A DNA stretch of 64,000 bases from Candidatus Omnitrophota bacterium (GTDB lineage Bacteria > Omnitrophota > Omnitrophia > Omnitrophales > Aquincolibacteriaceae), in NCBI GenBank assembly GCA_022709525.1, contig JAKLIQ010000005.1:7626-71625 (forward strand), in the 5' to 3' direction. Below, piece by piece: positions 46,433 to 60,200 of this stretch; the first letter of the stretch is position 1, and the number at the start of each line of letters is the position of its first letter. Position numbers and translations under genes: made by a program. The notes beneath the pieces were generated by a model, which saw nothing but the letters and a program-made list of their open reading frames with translations, ran no database searches and had not been told where the DNA came from.

Positions 46433-48262
46433 CTACTTCAATGCCAGAGCTTGTATATAAATCTCCCCGCTTGAATCTTTCCCTACTGCCGAATTTTCAA
46501 AAACAAAGGAGATTTCATCCATTTTCCTCGGATATGCGGGGCAAGGAAGGCTTACGGCGGTCCAGTCTTTCATTACCGGGAAATGGCCGAACTGAATGAG
46601 TTCGCCTTTCCATTTGAGATCCACTTTAATGGTTCTTGGAATTCCGAGCTGTTCGTTGCCTTTTATCGTGAAAAGCAGATTCTCGAAAGGTTCAATACAG
46701 ATCTCCGTCATGCGGATTGAGATCCCCGCGAATGAATAGCGTTCGCTCACGTCATAGAGCACGCAAAGCGTTTTATTGTTCTCGTTACCGACGATTTCAA
46801 ACTCGGCTTTGGCTTTTCCCTCGCCCTTAAACGATACTATCTCCCGTTCGAGGCCCAAGATATAGATTACAAAAGACGCTTGGATCCGCTTCGTGCGTTT
46901 TGTCGTTACTGATAACGCCTGAAACGAAGGATGACGCTCTTCATCCCTCAGAAGCTTTTCCGCTTTCTCGCGCCAAAGACAATTCTTCAGATAATTCTGA
47001 AAATAATCGGACGTCTTTTTCTTTCCATCAAGAGCGTTCAAGAAATTCCCAAGAGCCAAACATTCCATTCCTTTATCGAGACTCAAAATGTTTCGGTTAA
47101 CTACGCCTGTCTTGGGATCAATGGAATCGACAAACCCGAAATTCCGGTTAAAACTCTCGGGGTTAAGCTCTTCCATCTTCCTTAAATTCTCTATCGTGGC
47201 ACAGGGATCGTATTTAAGCGCGAGAAAAGTCGAGTAGGGCGTCACAAACTCGCCGGGAAACTGGCTGTATGCAATATCCCTTACGCCGGCCATCTCGTAA
47301 CGATCTTCTCCCGGCACTTCGCCGTTTGAAATACCCCAAATACCGGCTTCCGATATTCGTTTTCCGTAATCCCGATGAATCTTGATTAAATTAAGCGCGT
47401 TCGTGAGAAACGCTTTCGGCGCGATCCTATCTCCCCCGATCAGTTCATCCGCGAAAAGTCCCTCAAAGAGACTGCCGCCCCAAGGAGCCACGACGGGGAT
47501 AATTTCTCCTTCCGTTGTTTTGTAAGTACGCACAAGCCTCGATTGTTTCTTCCACGCGGACTCGGGAACATGATCCTTCAAGATCGAAAGCTGAACCATC
47601 ATTCGCGCTTCGGTATTGAAGACCGAGTAATCGGATTTGGCAAACTCTTCCTTCTCGGCGTCAAACCCGACGTTTATCATTTGATTCCCCGGACTATTCG
47701 GGTTTTTATCAAAAAAGAAACGGTAGTCCCTGTTTACAAGCAGTTTATGGATTTTCTTCGCGAGAGTCGTGTTCTTGAAATATTCCGCGACGATCATGAG
47801 CGCAATATCGAGGTTTCCGTTGTCCACCGACGAGACAAAACGGTTATACGTCACAACAGGGACCGTCTCGCTTTTCCCGTTCAGGTAATACCAGTTGTAA
47901 TGAAATCCTTCGAATGTTTCCAAAAGCCTAAGCATTCCGAACATCCGAAGCGCATGTTCGTATGCTTTCACCCAACTGACATACCCTCTTTCATTAGCGA
48001 GCAATACATACAAGAAGCCAAGCGCGATATTGGTGGGAGAGGTTTTGCTGCGGTACGGGTTCTTATAATCCCATTCGAGATCCCCGTCTGTAACGGACGC
48101 GATATCCACAGGAAATTCACAGACCGGATCGATAAGTTTCGCAAACCCCGCGAAAGTCGCTTTCTCGATCTTTCGCAGATAATCGAGATATTCGCAATGG
48201 AGATCGCCCGAAGAAATTTCGAATCCCGATTTGTCCGCTTCCAATTCCAATGTCCGGCCCAT
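46433..48262 (-). CDS. Glycoside-hydrolase-like (alpha/alpha)6-barrel protein with C-terminal beta-sandwich (DUF3131/GH144-like or glucoamylase-like)
   Basis: 609 aa. Central region pattern typical of alpha-toroid glycosidases. C-terminal ~180 aa beta-rich, possible CBM. Family assignment by resemblance only. Immediately downstream of the giant gene stop. Confidence 0.4.
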   Translation of the reverse strand: MGRTLELEADKSGFEISSGDLHCEYLDYLRKIEKATFAGFAKLIDPVCEFPVDIASVTDGDLEWDYKNPYRSKTSPTNIALGFLYVLLANERGYVSWVKAYEHALRMFGMLRLLETFEGFHYNWYYLNGKSETVPVVTYNRFVSSVDNGNLDIALMIVAEYFKNTTLAKKIHKLLVNRDYRFFFDKNPNSPGNQMINVGFDAEKEEFAKSDYSVFNTEARMMVQLSILKDHVPESAWKKQSRLVRTYKTTEGEIIPVVAPWGGSLFEGLFADELIGGDRIAPKAFLTNALNLIKIHRDYGKRISEAGIWGISNGEVPGEDRYEMAGVRDIAYSQFPGEFVTPYSTFLALKYDPCATIENLRKMEELNPESFNRNFGFVDSIDPKTGVVNRNILSLDKGMECLALGNFLNALDGKKKTSDYFQNYLKNCLWREKAEKLLRDEERHPSFQALSVTTKRTKRIQASFVIYILGLEREIVSFKGEGKAKAEFEIVGNENNKTLCVLYDVSERYSFAGISIRMTEICIEPFENLLFTIKGNEQLGIPRTIKVDLKWKGELIQFGHFPVMKDWTAVSLPCPAYPRKMDEISFVFENSAVGKDSSGEIYIQALALK

Positions 48263-48273
48263 CCTTTTCTCCT

Positions 48274-51200
48274 TTACGCCATGCTCGCGAGAAGCTTGTT
48301 CGCCCGATCCATCTGGGAGATGAATTCCATCCCAAGCGCGGCTTTGTTCTCCGCCGTGAAATATGACGGCTTCCCGTCTGAAGAGCCTCCAAGCTCCCGA
48401 AGCAGTTTCTCGGCCGCGATTTGGAGACTCCCAGACAGTTTCCGTCCCAAGGCTCGGTGCAGAAGCGCCATGAGGAACAACTTCCTGCCGTCGATAAGCT
48501 CATCTTTGCCGGGCGCTTTAACCAGGATATCCGCATGTTCTTTCCATAGCGCCAGATTATGTTCAGATGCGATCTTGAGAGCGTCTTTTCCTATAAAAGG
48601 TTCTATACCCATAAAAGACATGTGCCGGACCGGAACATTCGTGATTTCCACGAGCGATCTTAGCTCCGGTGTAATCCCGAATGCTTGTTCGATCTCATGC
48701 GTCCGGATGGCGGGATTGAGGTTCACAAGCCGGATTTTGATCCGCTCCAAAAATTCATTCGGAAGCTTCTCTTCGAGCGTTTTCAAAATTTCCATGAAAC
48801 CCCAGCCTAAAAGCCGGACTCGGCCCTCATTTTTCTCCATTAAAGATTCCACATCGAGGTCTACCTTTAAAGTTGTCTGCCTTAAAAGGGTTTCAACCAA
48901 GGAAAGGGCCATCTTTGAATCAAAGGTTTCGATAACCCTTCCCACTGAAGGAATCTCAAACGAACGAGACTTATCTCCCCGAGCTGCGTGAAGTTCTTGA
49001 TTCTTTTCTCCCGTCACTGTCTCCGACTCGGAAGTTCCCGGACGCGCCTCGATCGTCTGGACCGCAAGTCTGGCCGCTTCCTTTAATTCCACGGCCTGGG
49101 CAAGCTGATTCAAGGAGCCGATGGCTCTTTGGTCTCCGATCGCGGCCAATGCCTGAATGGCCCCCAACCGGGTTGTAAGACTGGAACTTGCTAAGGCATT
49201 GATAAGCGGAAGAACAGCGGGCTTGCCTATCTTAATAAGTTCATAAATCGCCTCTTCCCTTTTCTTGAGCGCATCCTGCGCTTGATCAGGCGCTGTTATC
49301 TCACCCGATCCCAGAAGATTTTTTGCGATGGCTTCCTTAACGTCAAAAGCCTGGACATGTTCCCGCAATTCAGACCGGGCTTCGGATCTTGAGGAATCCT
49401 TCCGCTCTCTCGAGCGATTTCCGCTATCCGGAACGTCGTAACTCGTCTTTTCGCTTATTGCCTTCGAAGAATATCCCGAACCATCCAAGCCGCTTCCATT
49501 GAAGATCTTTCCCACGGCATCTCCAAGTTTTTCCCGTAATCTCGAAACTCCCGACTGCTTCAGAACCGGGGCATCGGGCGGCTCGGCAACCTTCGGCGCT
49601 TCGCCAGCGGAGGAGATGTCAGACGCTGGAGAAGGCTTAGGCGGTTCGGAAGGTTTTACTCGCTCCAAATCAATGCGCTTAAGCGAATCAAGTCCCACTT
49701 CCTCGATGGGCTTTTTATAAACGATAATATCGATTAAAAGCTTGGCGAGCACTTTGGGAAGTTCTCTCACCTCCGGCACAAGGATGTAAGGCCGGTACTG
49801 AGTCTTCACGTAATGCATCGCATCCCCGATTCCAATCCCAACCACTTTAATTCCTTTTCGCTTGGCTTCCTCTAAAGCGCTTGAAAGAGGAGTTTCGCCG
49901 TTCCCTTCGCCATCCGTAATCACGATCGCGATCCTGGATTCCCCGTCTTCGTATGTAAGCTGCCGCACCGCTTCCGATACGGCGGCTCCGTCATTGGTTC
50001 CGCCGCCCCGGTTAAAACTTGCAAGGATCTCGCTTAAAAGATATTCCTTTCGCAGATGCTTAAATTTCGAGCTGAAGTTTTTGTGCGTTGTCGGGGAATT
50101 CGAAAATCCAACGATCGAAAAATCAATATCAAGGCGAGAGAGCACCTCTTGAATGAGCACAAGGCTGTGGATCGCGTTGATCCTTTTGACGCTTTCATCC
50201 ATGGATCCGGATTCGTCCACCACCAGCGAAAATTTGAAGCTTCGTTTGACGGGTTTGATCCTACGCTTCCAGATTTTGGTGTCTCCCGTCACCGGCATGG
50301 TCATCGCTTTTCTTAAGTTAAGTTTCGTTCCGGTTTCGAAATCGCCTTTATAGGTCGGCTTGATGTCTTTATGAAGCTGATTCTCGAGAAGACCGAAAAG
50401 CTGCTGAACAAGAGGCGCCACCGGCGCAAAGTACTCGCTGTAATCTGTCGCTTCGAGAGGAACTATCTTTCTCGCTTCGATACTTTTGCTGAGGTACTGT
50501 TCCACTTGACGCGCATCTTGACCGAATTGCTTCCGGAATTCATCGTTTGGAACCGACTCAAGCGGCTGACCTTCTTGTGAAGCTCCTCTTTGGGTTTCTT
50601 GCGAAGCTGGCTCTCCCTGCGTTCCCATGTCCCGGGATTTATCAGAAGGACTCCCGCCTTTCGCCGCCGGTTTTGCGGAACGCGTCTGAGAGGATTGTTC
50701 CCCCGCTTGAGAAGATTGAGACCTGCCTTGCTTCTCAGGCCCTGCTGGAGACTTCTGGGCGGCCCCCTGAGCTTTTTGCTGGCCTTCCCGCGCACCATCC
50801 GATTTACCTTGCTCTTGCGACGAACCTTCTTGTTCGTTCACGGTACCATTGGGCATCCTTTCAAGAGGGCGATTTGCCATTGCGGAATTTCCCGTCTCTT
50901 TACCGCGTTTATCAATGGCGACATTTTCATTTTTAAGATCCCTCGGGAATTTCGGTTCAAGTTTCTCCGAATAGGATTTGGTTTTCTGCTCGAGCTCCCC
51001 CTCCGCCTGGCCTTGAGCGGATCCTTGAGCGCCCGAACGTCCTTGGCCCGTACGAGCCATTCCTTTCATCTGGTTTTGACGCGCTTCTTGGACAAGCTCG
51101 TCATAAACCGGACGAATTTTTTCTTCGAGGATCCGATTCATGCGATATTGCGCCTGCATGACGTCCACGTCGTTAGGATTCATGTCTACTAGAAATTGAA

Positions 51201-54200
51201 AAGACTCGCCGCGTCTGAAATCCAGAAGTTCTTGACCGAGCGCCGTGGTAAGGATGAATTCGTGCTCGCTTGGACGGGAGACCGCCTGAATGAAGCGATC
51301 CTTTATCAAAAGCTGCTTCCCCACCTTAGGCATGACGAGAAGCTGTCTTGCAAAACCTCTTAAGACGGGCCGCTCAAAAACGAGCTTGTCATCTTCACGC
51401 GAGACCCTCACGCTTCCCGGGATCTGGCTGTGCGCTTCCACCAAGTCTTTACGAGTTCGTTTGAGCGCTTGAATGACTTTCGGGTTCGTAATCGAAGGAT
51501 GCGGTGTTCCATAATACCACTCATGAATAAGGCCGAGTCCGTACTGGACATGAAGCGGAGTTTTGTAATCATCAAATTTTTCTTTTGGGTCTTCCGGAAA
51601 CGCCTTGCTGTAGAGCACCTTCAAATACCGGGCAGCATTGGGAGCCCGGTAAAGCGCCCAACGGTTGACACGCACATCCTCGACGGCATTGTGAAGGAAA
51701 TGGCGGTAGACGTTATCCGCCCATTCCCGCGTAAACCAGGTAATTCTCCTGTGGGATCCCTCGTGAATGGCTGCGCCTACGCTGTAACGCCAGCCCTTTG
51801 AAAGAAGCTCTTCTTCGGGATACATAATGGTCATTGGTTTTGTTTTCATGTTGATTTGCCATTGATCGCCCGGCTCCATCCGCACATTAAAGTCCGCTCC
51901 GAAGAATTGGCTCACAATCCTCGCGCGCTCGACCACTCGATTCATCAAATAGTTTCGGTAGTCCGTTTTCATGGTTTGCAGGAAAGAGCGCGGTTTTTCA
52001 CCCTCTTGCCGCGCCTCACTGCGCTGCATGCTTGCAACCCCATTTTGGTTAAAATAATGGGTCACGATTTCTTCTTTTTCGGCTTGCGTTTTATCATCCC
52101 CGACCCAAACGAGATGGAATTTATTGAGCATCGCCTGACTCATCATCTTCCGGCCTTCCATATGGTCCGGATTCATGGCGGCGAAGAGCCTGAAATTGGG
52201 ATGGACCTTTATCGTCCGGTTATTGTGCTCAGAAAGCGTAAGGGTCCGGTCATCGTCCAAAAGCGAATTGATACGCTCGATCACCTCGGGTTCCGCCAAA
52301 TTGATTTCGTCCAGGAGAATCCACCAGCCGCGTTCCATCGCCTGGATCAGAAACCCGTCCTGCCACTCGTAACGGAGCGTCTTTTTATCTTCGCTCGGAA
52401 GCATCCGCCCGATGATTTGTCCGGTATCGGACTGCCCGTCCAGATCAAGCGGAATAAAAGGAATATGAAGAAGGTCGGCCACTTCCTTGACAATAGCCGT
52501 CTTTCCGGTTCCCGTCGGGCCTTTGAATAAAATCGGCTCATTCTGGCGGGCCGCTCGAACGATCTTTCGCATCAGTTTTTTCGTGGATTGGGTGCGTTTG
52601 AGCGGAAGCGCCGGCACAAAGGTTTCCGACACGCCGTTTCGCTTGAAAAAGACGTCACCAAACCACACGCCGTCTTTTTCTTCACGAATTTGAACGTCTT
52701 CATCATCCTTGATCTTTTCCTGGAAAGCTTTCTCGAGATGTTCACGGATCCAATCCCGAAGGCGCGCTTCAAAGGCGACCCCATCGCTTAATCCGTCCGC
52801 GTAAATTTCAAATCCTTCGCGGACGGCGGCTTGATTCAAAGACTCTTTATGCGCCGGGTTCTGACGAATTTCCTTTACCCGGTCAAGCCAGCGGATCAAA
52901 TGTCTTACCGTATAAAGCACGATGGCGTCCGATTGGGATGAAGCCTCCGAATCTTTTCCAAAACCATTTCGGGCGAGCTTCCCGGCTTCCATGTGGAAAC
53001 GAAGCGCTTGTTCGATAAAATTCTGCGGAAGGCTTGCTCCATATTTTCCAAGCGCAATCGCGCGGAGTTCGGCTTCATCAAAGACGTCAATCCATTTTTG
53101 CCGGAAACGGTTCATAAGCGCGGGCGAGAAAAGCTGACGGCCCGCGTAGTTTTCCGCGGGGTTCATCGTTGCAAAAAGCCGGAAATCCGAATGGATCCTG
53201 AAAATCCGTTCCGAGTCAAGATGCTCCTTCATGAGCAGCTTGAGCGTTTCTCGATTGTTTTTGTTTCCTTTCCCAAGCTCCGTTTCCACTTCTTTTTCCA
53301 AAAGCGCGTCATAACGATCCGGCTTCATCCATTTCTCATCCTCATGCTCGGTGACGATCACAAACCCGTCATCATCAAGAAGCGAATTGAGGCGCTCGAC
53401 CACTTGCGCGGGCGCAAGATTGATTTCATCCAAAACAAGCCATTGGCCTTCTCTCATCGCCTGAATCAGCATCCCGTCCGACCAGGTGAATTCCCCCGCT
53501 TCATCGGGATGGTGTTTCCCGAGAAACTCCGTTTTCTCGGTCTGACCGCTCAAATTAAGTCTTAAGAAAGGACTGCGTGTGAGATAGGCGAGATAGCGAA
53601 TAAGCGATGTTTTTCCAGCCCCGGTTTCCCCCACTAAGAGCAAGGGATCGTCCAAAACAATCGACCGGGCCACTTTCTCAAGCTCACGGACGGTTTTAGG
53701 GGTGAGCACAAGGTTCGAGGACGCCTCAGTCGGCACAAGCGGTCTTGCCGAATCCGCGTGTTGATTAAGCTCAACACCGTCAATTTTGACGCGGCCGGCG
53801 CCTGCTTCGATCCGAACCTCATCCTCTTTTTTAGCTTCACCAAAAGTGCGCTCAAGAATCTGGTCGAAAAGCTTCCGGTCGTTTTCATGTTTCAGCTGAT
53901 CGCCATAAAAATAGCGGGCTCCATGAAGAGCCGCCTGATCCGTTCCCTCCTGATTTGAAAATTTCCCGATGAATCGCGCCCAACTTTTGAGCTCGCGCAT
54001 GCTGAAGCGGTAAGAGCTAAACGCTTTTTGCTCCAATTCATTTTTCGGCTGAGCCAGTTGGTTATGAAAATCCGTCATTTTGCGCGCAAGCGTGCTGCGA
54101 TCCGCAGCTGAAAGCGAGGTGTAACGAGCGAGATAACGGTTTAAGATTTCATGCACTTCCCCGTCCGGAAGACGCTCCGGAACCCAAAGCTCCTGGAACT

Positions 54201-57200
54201 TATTGCGCATGGCAAGACTCAGACGGTTACGGCCCGAATAGTGCTCGGGATTCATGGCGGCAAAGAGCCGGAAGCCGGGATGGATCGGAAAGATCCGGTT
54301 CGCTTCAAGTTCGGCTTTCGCCTCAATTTCCGCTTGAGCCGAAGGAACGCCTTTTTCGACAAGCTTGTCTTTTTTGGTTTTTACCTTATCCTCATAATCC
54401 CGGAGCGGAACATACTTTTCATTCTCGTTTTCCGTGATCACGATGGACCCGTCATCATCCAAGAGTGAGTTGATGCGCTCGAGAATGTCGGGTTCGGCTA
54501 AATTCACTTCGTCAAAAAGCACCCACCACCCGTTCTTGAGGGCTTTGGCGAGTTCGCCCGGATGCCAGGCAAACGTTGCTTTATCCGGCGTCGTTTTTCC
54601 ATGCTTCTCTCCGCCATCAACCGGCACAAATTTCCCGATAATTTCGCTCGTATCGGTTTGCGCATCAAGACTCATACGGATGAAGCTGTTGCCCGTGCGG
54701 TGAGCAAGATCCCTGATCAAGCTCGTTTTGGCGACTCCGGTTTCCCCTATCAGAAGAACGGGCTCCCGCATCGCGACTGACTTTGCGATCTTTTTAAGAA
54801 GTTTGCGGGTTGTTTTTGTTTGAAAAAGCTCGGCTTCGTTTCCCGGCACATGCGGAGTCACCGCGCGGTTGATATCCAGAGAAATATCGCCGAAAAAGAC
54901 TTTGTCATTCGCGGTTTTAATTTCATCATTGGCATCATCCAGCGCAAGCGGCTTGGACGCCGATTTTGCGGCAACGGGTTTTTCATCGTCCTTTGCGTCT
55001 TCGCGAAATACATTTTCAATGATGGCAAAACGGACGTCTCTTCGCTCGGAATCCTGACGGATCCGGTCCGTATAAACTTCGGTGAACTCTTGGGCAACCA
55101 GTTCCGTCGCGCCAAAAGGCCCCGCCTGAGCGATTCTCTTTTGAGCGCGCCGCATCACGCGGAGGAGATCCCGTAACGTAAAATAATAGGGATCGCTTTC
55201 CAGATTACCGACCCTTCGGTGGAACGCCGCGTCAGAAAGCAAAACGTGGCCTTGAATCAAAGATTTAAGCAGCGAAATTCCGAAAATGAAATTTCCAAGC
55301 TCATCCGGGAAGCGCTCATTTAAGATCGCTTTTTCTTCAAGATCCGTAAAATTATTCACCCATTTCACACGGAAACGGTTTAATAACGCCGGAGAGAGGA
55401 GTTTTCTGCCGGCGTAGTCCGAAGGATTCATGGCGGCAAAAAGCCGGAAATCGGGATGAATTCTTCTGAAGCCGTCTTCGTAAAGACGCTTTTTCGCGAG
55501 GGGCGAATCTTTCCAGACCGCTTCATATTCGGCGAGCTTCCTGTCGTAGCGATCCGCCGGAATCCAAATCACATTGCCTTGTTCGGTAAGCCTGAGTTCG
55601 CGGTCATCATCCAAAAGCGAATTGATCCGTTCGATCACCTGCGAATCCGCGAGATTGATTTCATCAAGGACAAGCCAATGACCCGCTTCCATCGCCTTCA
55701 CCAAGATACCGTCCACCCAGCGAAACCGGCCGTCAGGCCCGGGTTTAAAACCGCCCACAAATTCGGTTTTGTCGGTCTGTCCGTTTAGATTAAAACGCTT
55801 AAAATTATGACGCGTCTGAGCGGCTAAGTAACGGACCAAACTCGTTTTCCCGACCCCGGATTCTCCGATCAAAAGAACCGGATCGTTTAACTGGATCGCG
55901 AGCGCAAGTTTTTTCACATTCCGCACGGTGGAGAGCACCGGAATCAGGTTTGTCGATTCATCGTCTACCGGAACATCGTTTGAAACCGCTCCTTTTTTGC
56001 CATAAGGAATCAGGATGGTATTAATAAGAAGTCCTTGATCCGTTTTACGAATAACATTGCCTTTAAGCACGGCTTTAAAGTCTTCCTCGTTCAGATCGTC
56101 CTCTGTCTTTTCGAGTCTTTTGCCGATCTGATGGCGCAGTCCCCTTAAAAGATCCTGCGTTTCTTTGGAATATGGAATTTCCGGCTTAAAAAATGCGTCG
56201 GTTTTCGACGTTATCCGTTCGATCACGAATGAGCGAAGCGGAGCATAAATCATTTCCTTTAACATCAGAATCCCAACGGGAAGCAAAGAAGCGACAAAAT
56301 AGCTTGTGAAACCAAGCGCCGTCATCGTAATGGCCCAAAGAACGGGCGGCCATGCAAGCCAGATGGGAATGACCGGCAACGCATCCGCGCCGCTATGGGA
56401 AAGAAAGAACCAGCCCCAGACCGCGCCTAAAGCAACCGCGGAAAGCGAATAGAGTCTTGCGGCGGGATGCTTGAGAAGTTCCGAAACCGTCTGAGCTGAA
56501 ATGCCGGATCTTAAGAAATCACCGGTTCCTTTGCGTTCAAGAAGCGCGTAAAAATCATCCGGCGTAAGCGGAAGCGAGCGGTAACGTTTATTCAACAGAA
56601 GATACTGAGGGAGGTAAATCACGGCATATACCAATTTGAAAAGAAGCGCTAAACCAAGGCCGATCCCGGCTGAAACAGCCAGAAAACTCAAAGGATAGGA
56701 AATGAGCGCCAAAAGACCCGAGTAACCTTTCGCTCCCAAAAGATAAGGCGTCATAAAAACGGAAACGGCGCCAGCGACACATGCAATCGAGGCCAGCGTT
56801 CGCTTTTCTTTCAGGAACGCGAAAAGACCGAGGTAATCTCCGGCTTCTTTCGACTTAATGAGGCGCGAGATCGTTTCGCGGAAAGAAAGATTTCCAGGAC
56901 GCTTTTTGATCCGGTCATTGGCTTCTTTCTTCCAGTCTTGCCAACCAAGACGCTCGACCAAAACAAGGGCCGCGGTGAGGCGCGTCCCCTGGTCCGGATC
57001 CTCAAGGAACGGAACAATTTCTCCGATCATGGAAATAATCCTCCGGTGCCCCGCCACTTCAATCGCCGCTTTTCGGATATCGGGACGGGAATTAAAGAGA
57101 GCGGTTCGCGTGAGCGTTTCGACAACGGAAAGGTAATTTTCGTCTTGCGATTTTTTCTCGGGGATCGGAAGCATGGCAAATCCTCTCACGCCGTCCGCCG

Positions 57201-60200
57201 CCGTTTCAAAACGTTCCAGATTCTTCATGATTTGATTGAGGGCGTCGCGCGCCTTTTGAGGAAAATTACTCGTGAATTCCCAAAATCTCTTGCGAAGAAC
57301 AAGAAGCTCTATCCCCGCTTCGGTCTCGGCGAGCTCCGGATGCTCGCTCACGATCCTTTCCGCAATGCTTGCAAGGCCGCGTAATGATTCCTCCAAAATA
57401 TCCAGGCCCTGAATGTCCACTTCCTCGCCGCCAAGCACTCTCTGAGCTTCGCTCGTCATCACTTCCTTGAGCACCAGATCACGGAAGATTTCGCGGTCGG
57501 ATTCGCTTTGAAGACGGTCGCGGTAGATATAAAGGGCTCCCTCGATGATCGTCCGCGAAAGGCCCCACTCGCGCCGTCCCTCATCGGTTGCGTTCATCCT
57601 CTTCAGATAATCCAGGGTTTTCGTGTGCTGGAGAAGATCAGCCTCCTGTTCGGCCTTTTCAATGGAGTCAGGCGTGCTTCTAGGGATTTTCTCGCTGATT
57701 CTTCGGATATCTTCTTCAAGCTCAATCATCTGCCCCGCAAGCGTTTCTTTGCCGATCACGAGCGCTTCCGTGCGGATAAAGTCCGCCCAGTCCTTGATCT
57801 CACGGAGGCTGAAGGAGTAATCCTCGCCTTCGCCTCGAGCGAGTTCAAGCGCGCCGATCCGGTGTTCCCGGATGAGGCGAAGAACACCTTCATGAATTTG
57901 ACGCATCAAAGGGGCTGCTTTCCCTGCAAGATCATCAGGAAGACGCATGCCCGAAAAAAGAGCCGGTTCCGTCAAATAAAAACGAGCGACTTCATCGGTT
58001 TCTTCAGGTTTAAGTTCTCCTGAAACCCAAATTTCGGTAAATTTATTGCGGATCGCAAGACTCAAGCGCCTTCTCCCCGCATAGCCTTTCTCGGGGTTCA
58101 TGGCGGCAAAAAGCCGGAAATCGGGATGAATCCGGTGGTAGCCCCCGGTCACCATGCGGGCCTTAGCTTCTTGTTCCGCCGCATCTTTCGTTCTTCCCAG
58201 TTTTTGAAGCTCAAGTGAGTATCTTTCGAGGATCGAATCGAATTCAGACGAAGGGATATATTTTTCGCCCTTGTGCTCGGTAACCGTAAGGGAACCTTCA
58301 TCGTCGAAAAGCGAGTTGAGCCGCTCAAGAATTTCGGGCTCTGCCAGATTAAACTCATCGAGCAGCACCCAGTCACCCGCCTCCATCGCCCGCAGAAGAA
58401 TTCCGGGGGACCATTCGAAGGTTTTCGTGCCTTCCGCGGGTGAGTCTTTTCCGATCAGTTCCGAAGTATCCGTGAAGGCATCAAGATTCACCCGTTTAAA
58501 CTCTCTTCCGGTCCGGTTGGCCAAATAACGGACAAGTGAAGTCTTTGAAGCGCCCGTAGGACCGACCAAAAGCGGCCGCTCACCGGCGGATACGGCTCTC
58601 GCGATTTTATCGAGAGAACTCCGGGTCGCCGGAACAAGCGCGAGTTTTTCTTCGCGAAGGAGTGTACGTTTGGCAAGATCCACCGGCAGTATTGTTTCGC
58701 CGACCTGAAACATATGCCCGCCATTCAGGTCGCCCGCATCAATGACACGTCCATCGAACGGAAGCGGGAGAATTTTCCCGATCTTTTGGTTGAAAATCTC
58801 CCGGCTTCGTTCGCTCTGGATGCCGTCCCTGAAAATATAGGCCGCTTCAAGCCCGAGTTCTTTTTTAAATTCGCTCTCAGAACTCGACTTGGCGCGCCTT
58901 GCTTCCCATTCATGAAGCCGCTCGGCAAGTCTCAAGAAATGTCTCACCGTAAAACAATAGATCTCGCCGGTTTCCTTGGCGATCCGGCCGTCCGATCCGC
59001 TCAAAGTACGAAGCTCTTTATAAAGCGCCTCTCCAAGATCAAGCTGTTTTTCGTTCCACCCGTAACGGCCTTCGAGAATCATCCGGATGTCCGTAGCGGA
59101 AAGTTCGGGAATCCATTTCACCATAAATTTATTCATCATGGCTTCGGAGAGCCGCTTCCTTCCTTCGTACTCTTCTGAAGGCGGATTCATGGTGGCAAAG
59201 AGCCTGAAATTGGGATGGATTTTGAAAATCTTCCGGTTTTGAAGCTCACGCGATATTTCTTCAACGGAACGGCCGGGATTTTTTTTGAGTTCTTCGCGGA
59301 TGAGCCGGTCATAAGCGTGCGTTGAAATCCATTTCTCGCCTTCATGCTCGCTTAAAACAAGATAGCCTTCCGATTCAAGAAGGTAACGGACCCGCTCGAT
59401 CACCGCGGGATCGGCCAGATTGATCTCATCCAAAACGAGCCAATCCCCTGAGCGCATAGCTTCAATTAAAATCCCGTCATGCCACTCAAAACCCGCACTG
59501 CCGTCCGATCGCCGGACGGGCTTGTGACTGCCCAGAAATTCATCTTTGTCCGTCTGGCCGTTTAAGTTGAGTCTTAAGAAACCGTTGTTCGTAAGAGAAG
59601 CAAGGTGACGAATAAGCGAGGTTTTGCCCGCTCCGGTTTCACCGACAAGAAGAAGCGGATGATTGAGCGCTACGGCTTCGGCGATGGTCTCAAGGTCTCT
59701 GACCGTGCGCGGGATATGGATCATGCCGGACGTTTTCTTGAAAGGTACGCGGGAAGGCACCAGCGGATCGTAATTGACGGGAAGTTTTACGCGGCCAATC
59801 CGGACCGTTTGACCATCGGATGCGATTTTTCCAACCCCGTTCAATGCTTCATCTAAAACTCCCTCAGCGCTCATCCGAACCTTGTGCGTGGCCTCATCAA
59901 GCAGCGCGATCGTATCGAGATCCACTTCCTTCAGAGCGGCCAGAATTTCGGGTTGATCGCCATCCGAAAAGCCGCGGCTTCCATAGATATAAAAAGCGCC
60001 GTAAACGACCGCACGCGTTCTTCCCCAAACGGGAGCAAAGCGCTTATAAAAATCAACAAAACGCCTGAGATCTCTGATCGTAAGCGGTACGCTTTCACCG
60101 TGACCGTTGCCGTTAAGACGCGCATGGCGGATTTTTTCGTGAAGGATCACAATCGCCTTGGCTGCCACCGGGTCAAGTCCGTCCTGACGCATAAAACCCT

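Noticed and set aside
47543-48991. 482-aa plus-strand ORF overlapping the GH-like gene and 3' end of the giant ORF
   Set aside because: Antisense to two well-supported minus-strand genes. Composition is typical of a shadow frame, S/R/F-rich. No start context.
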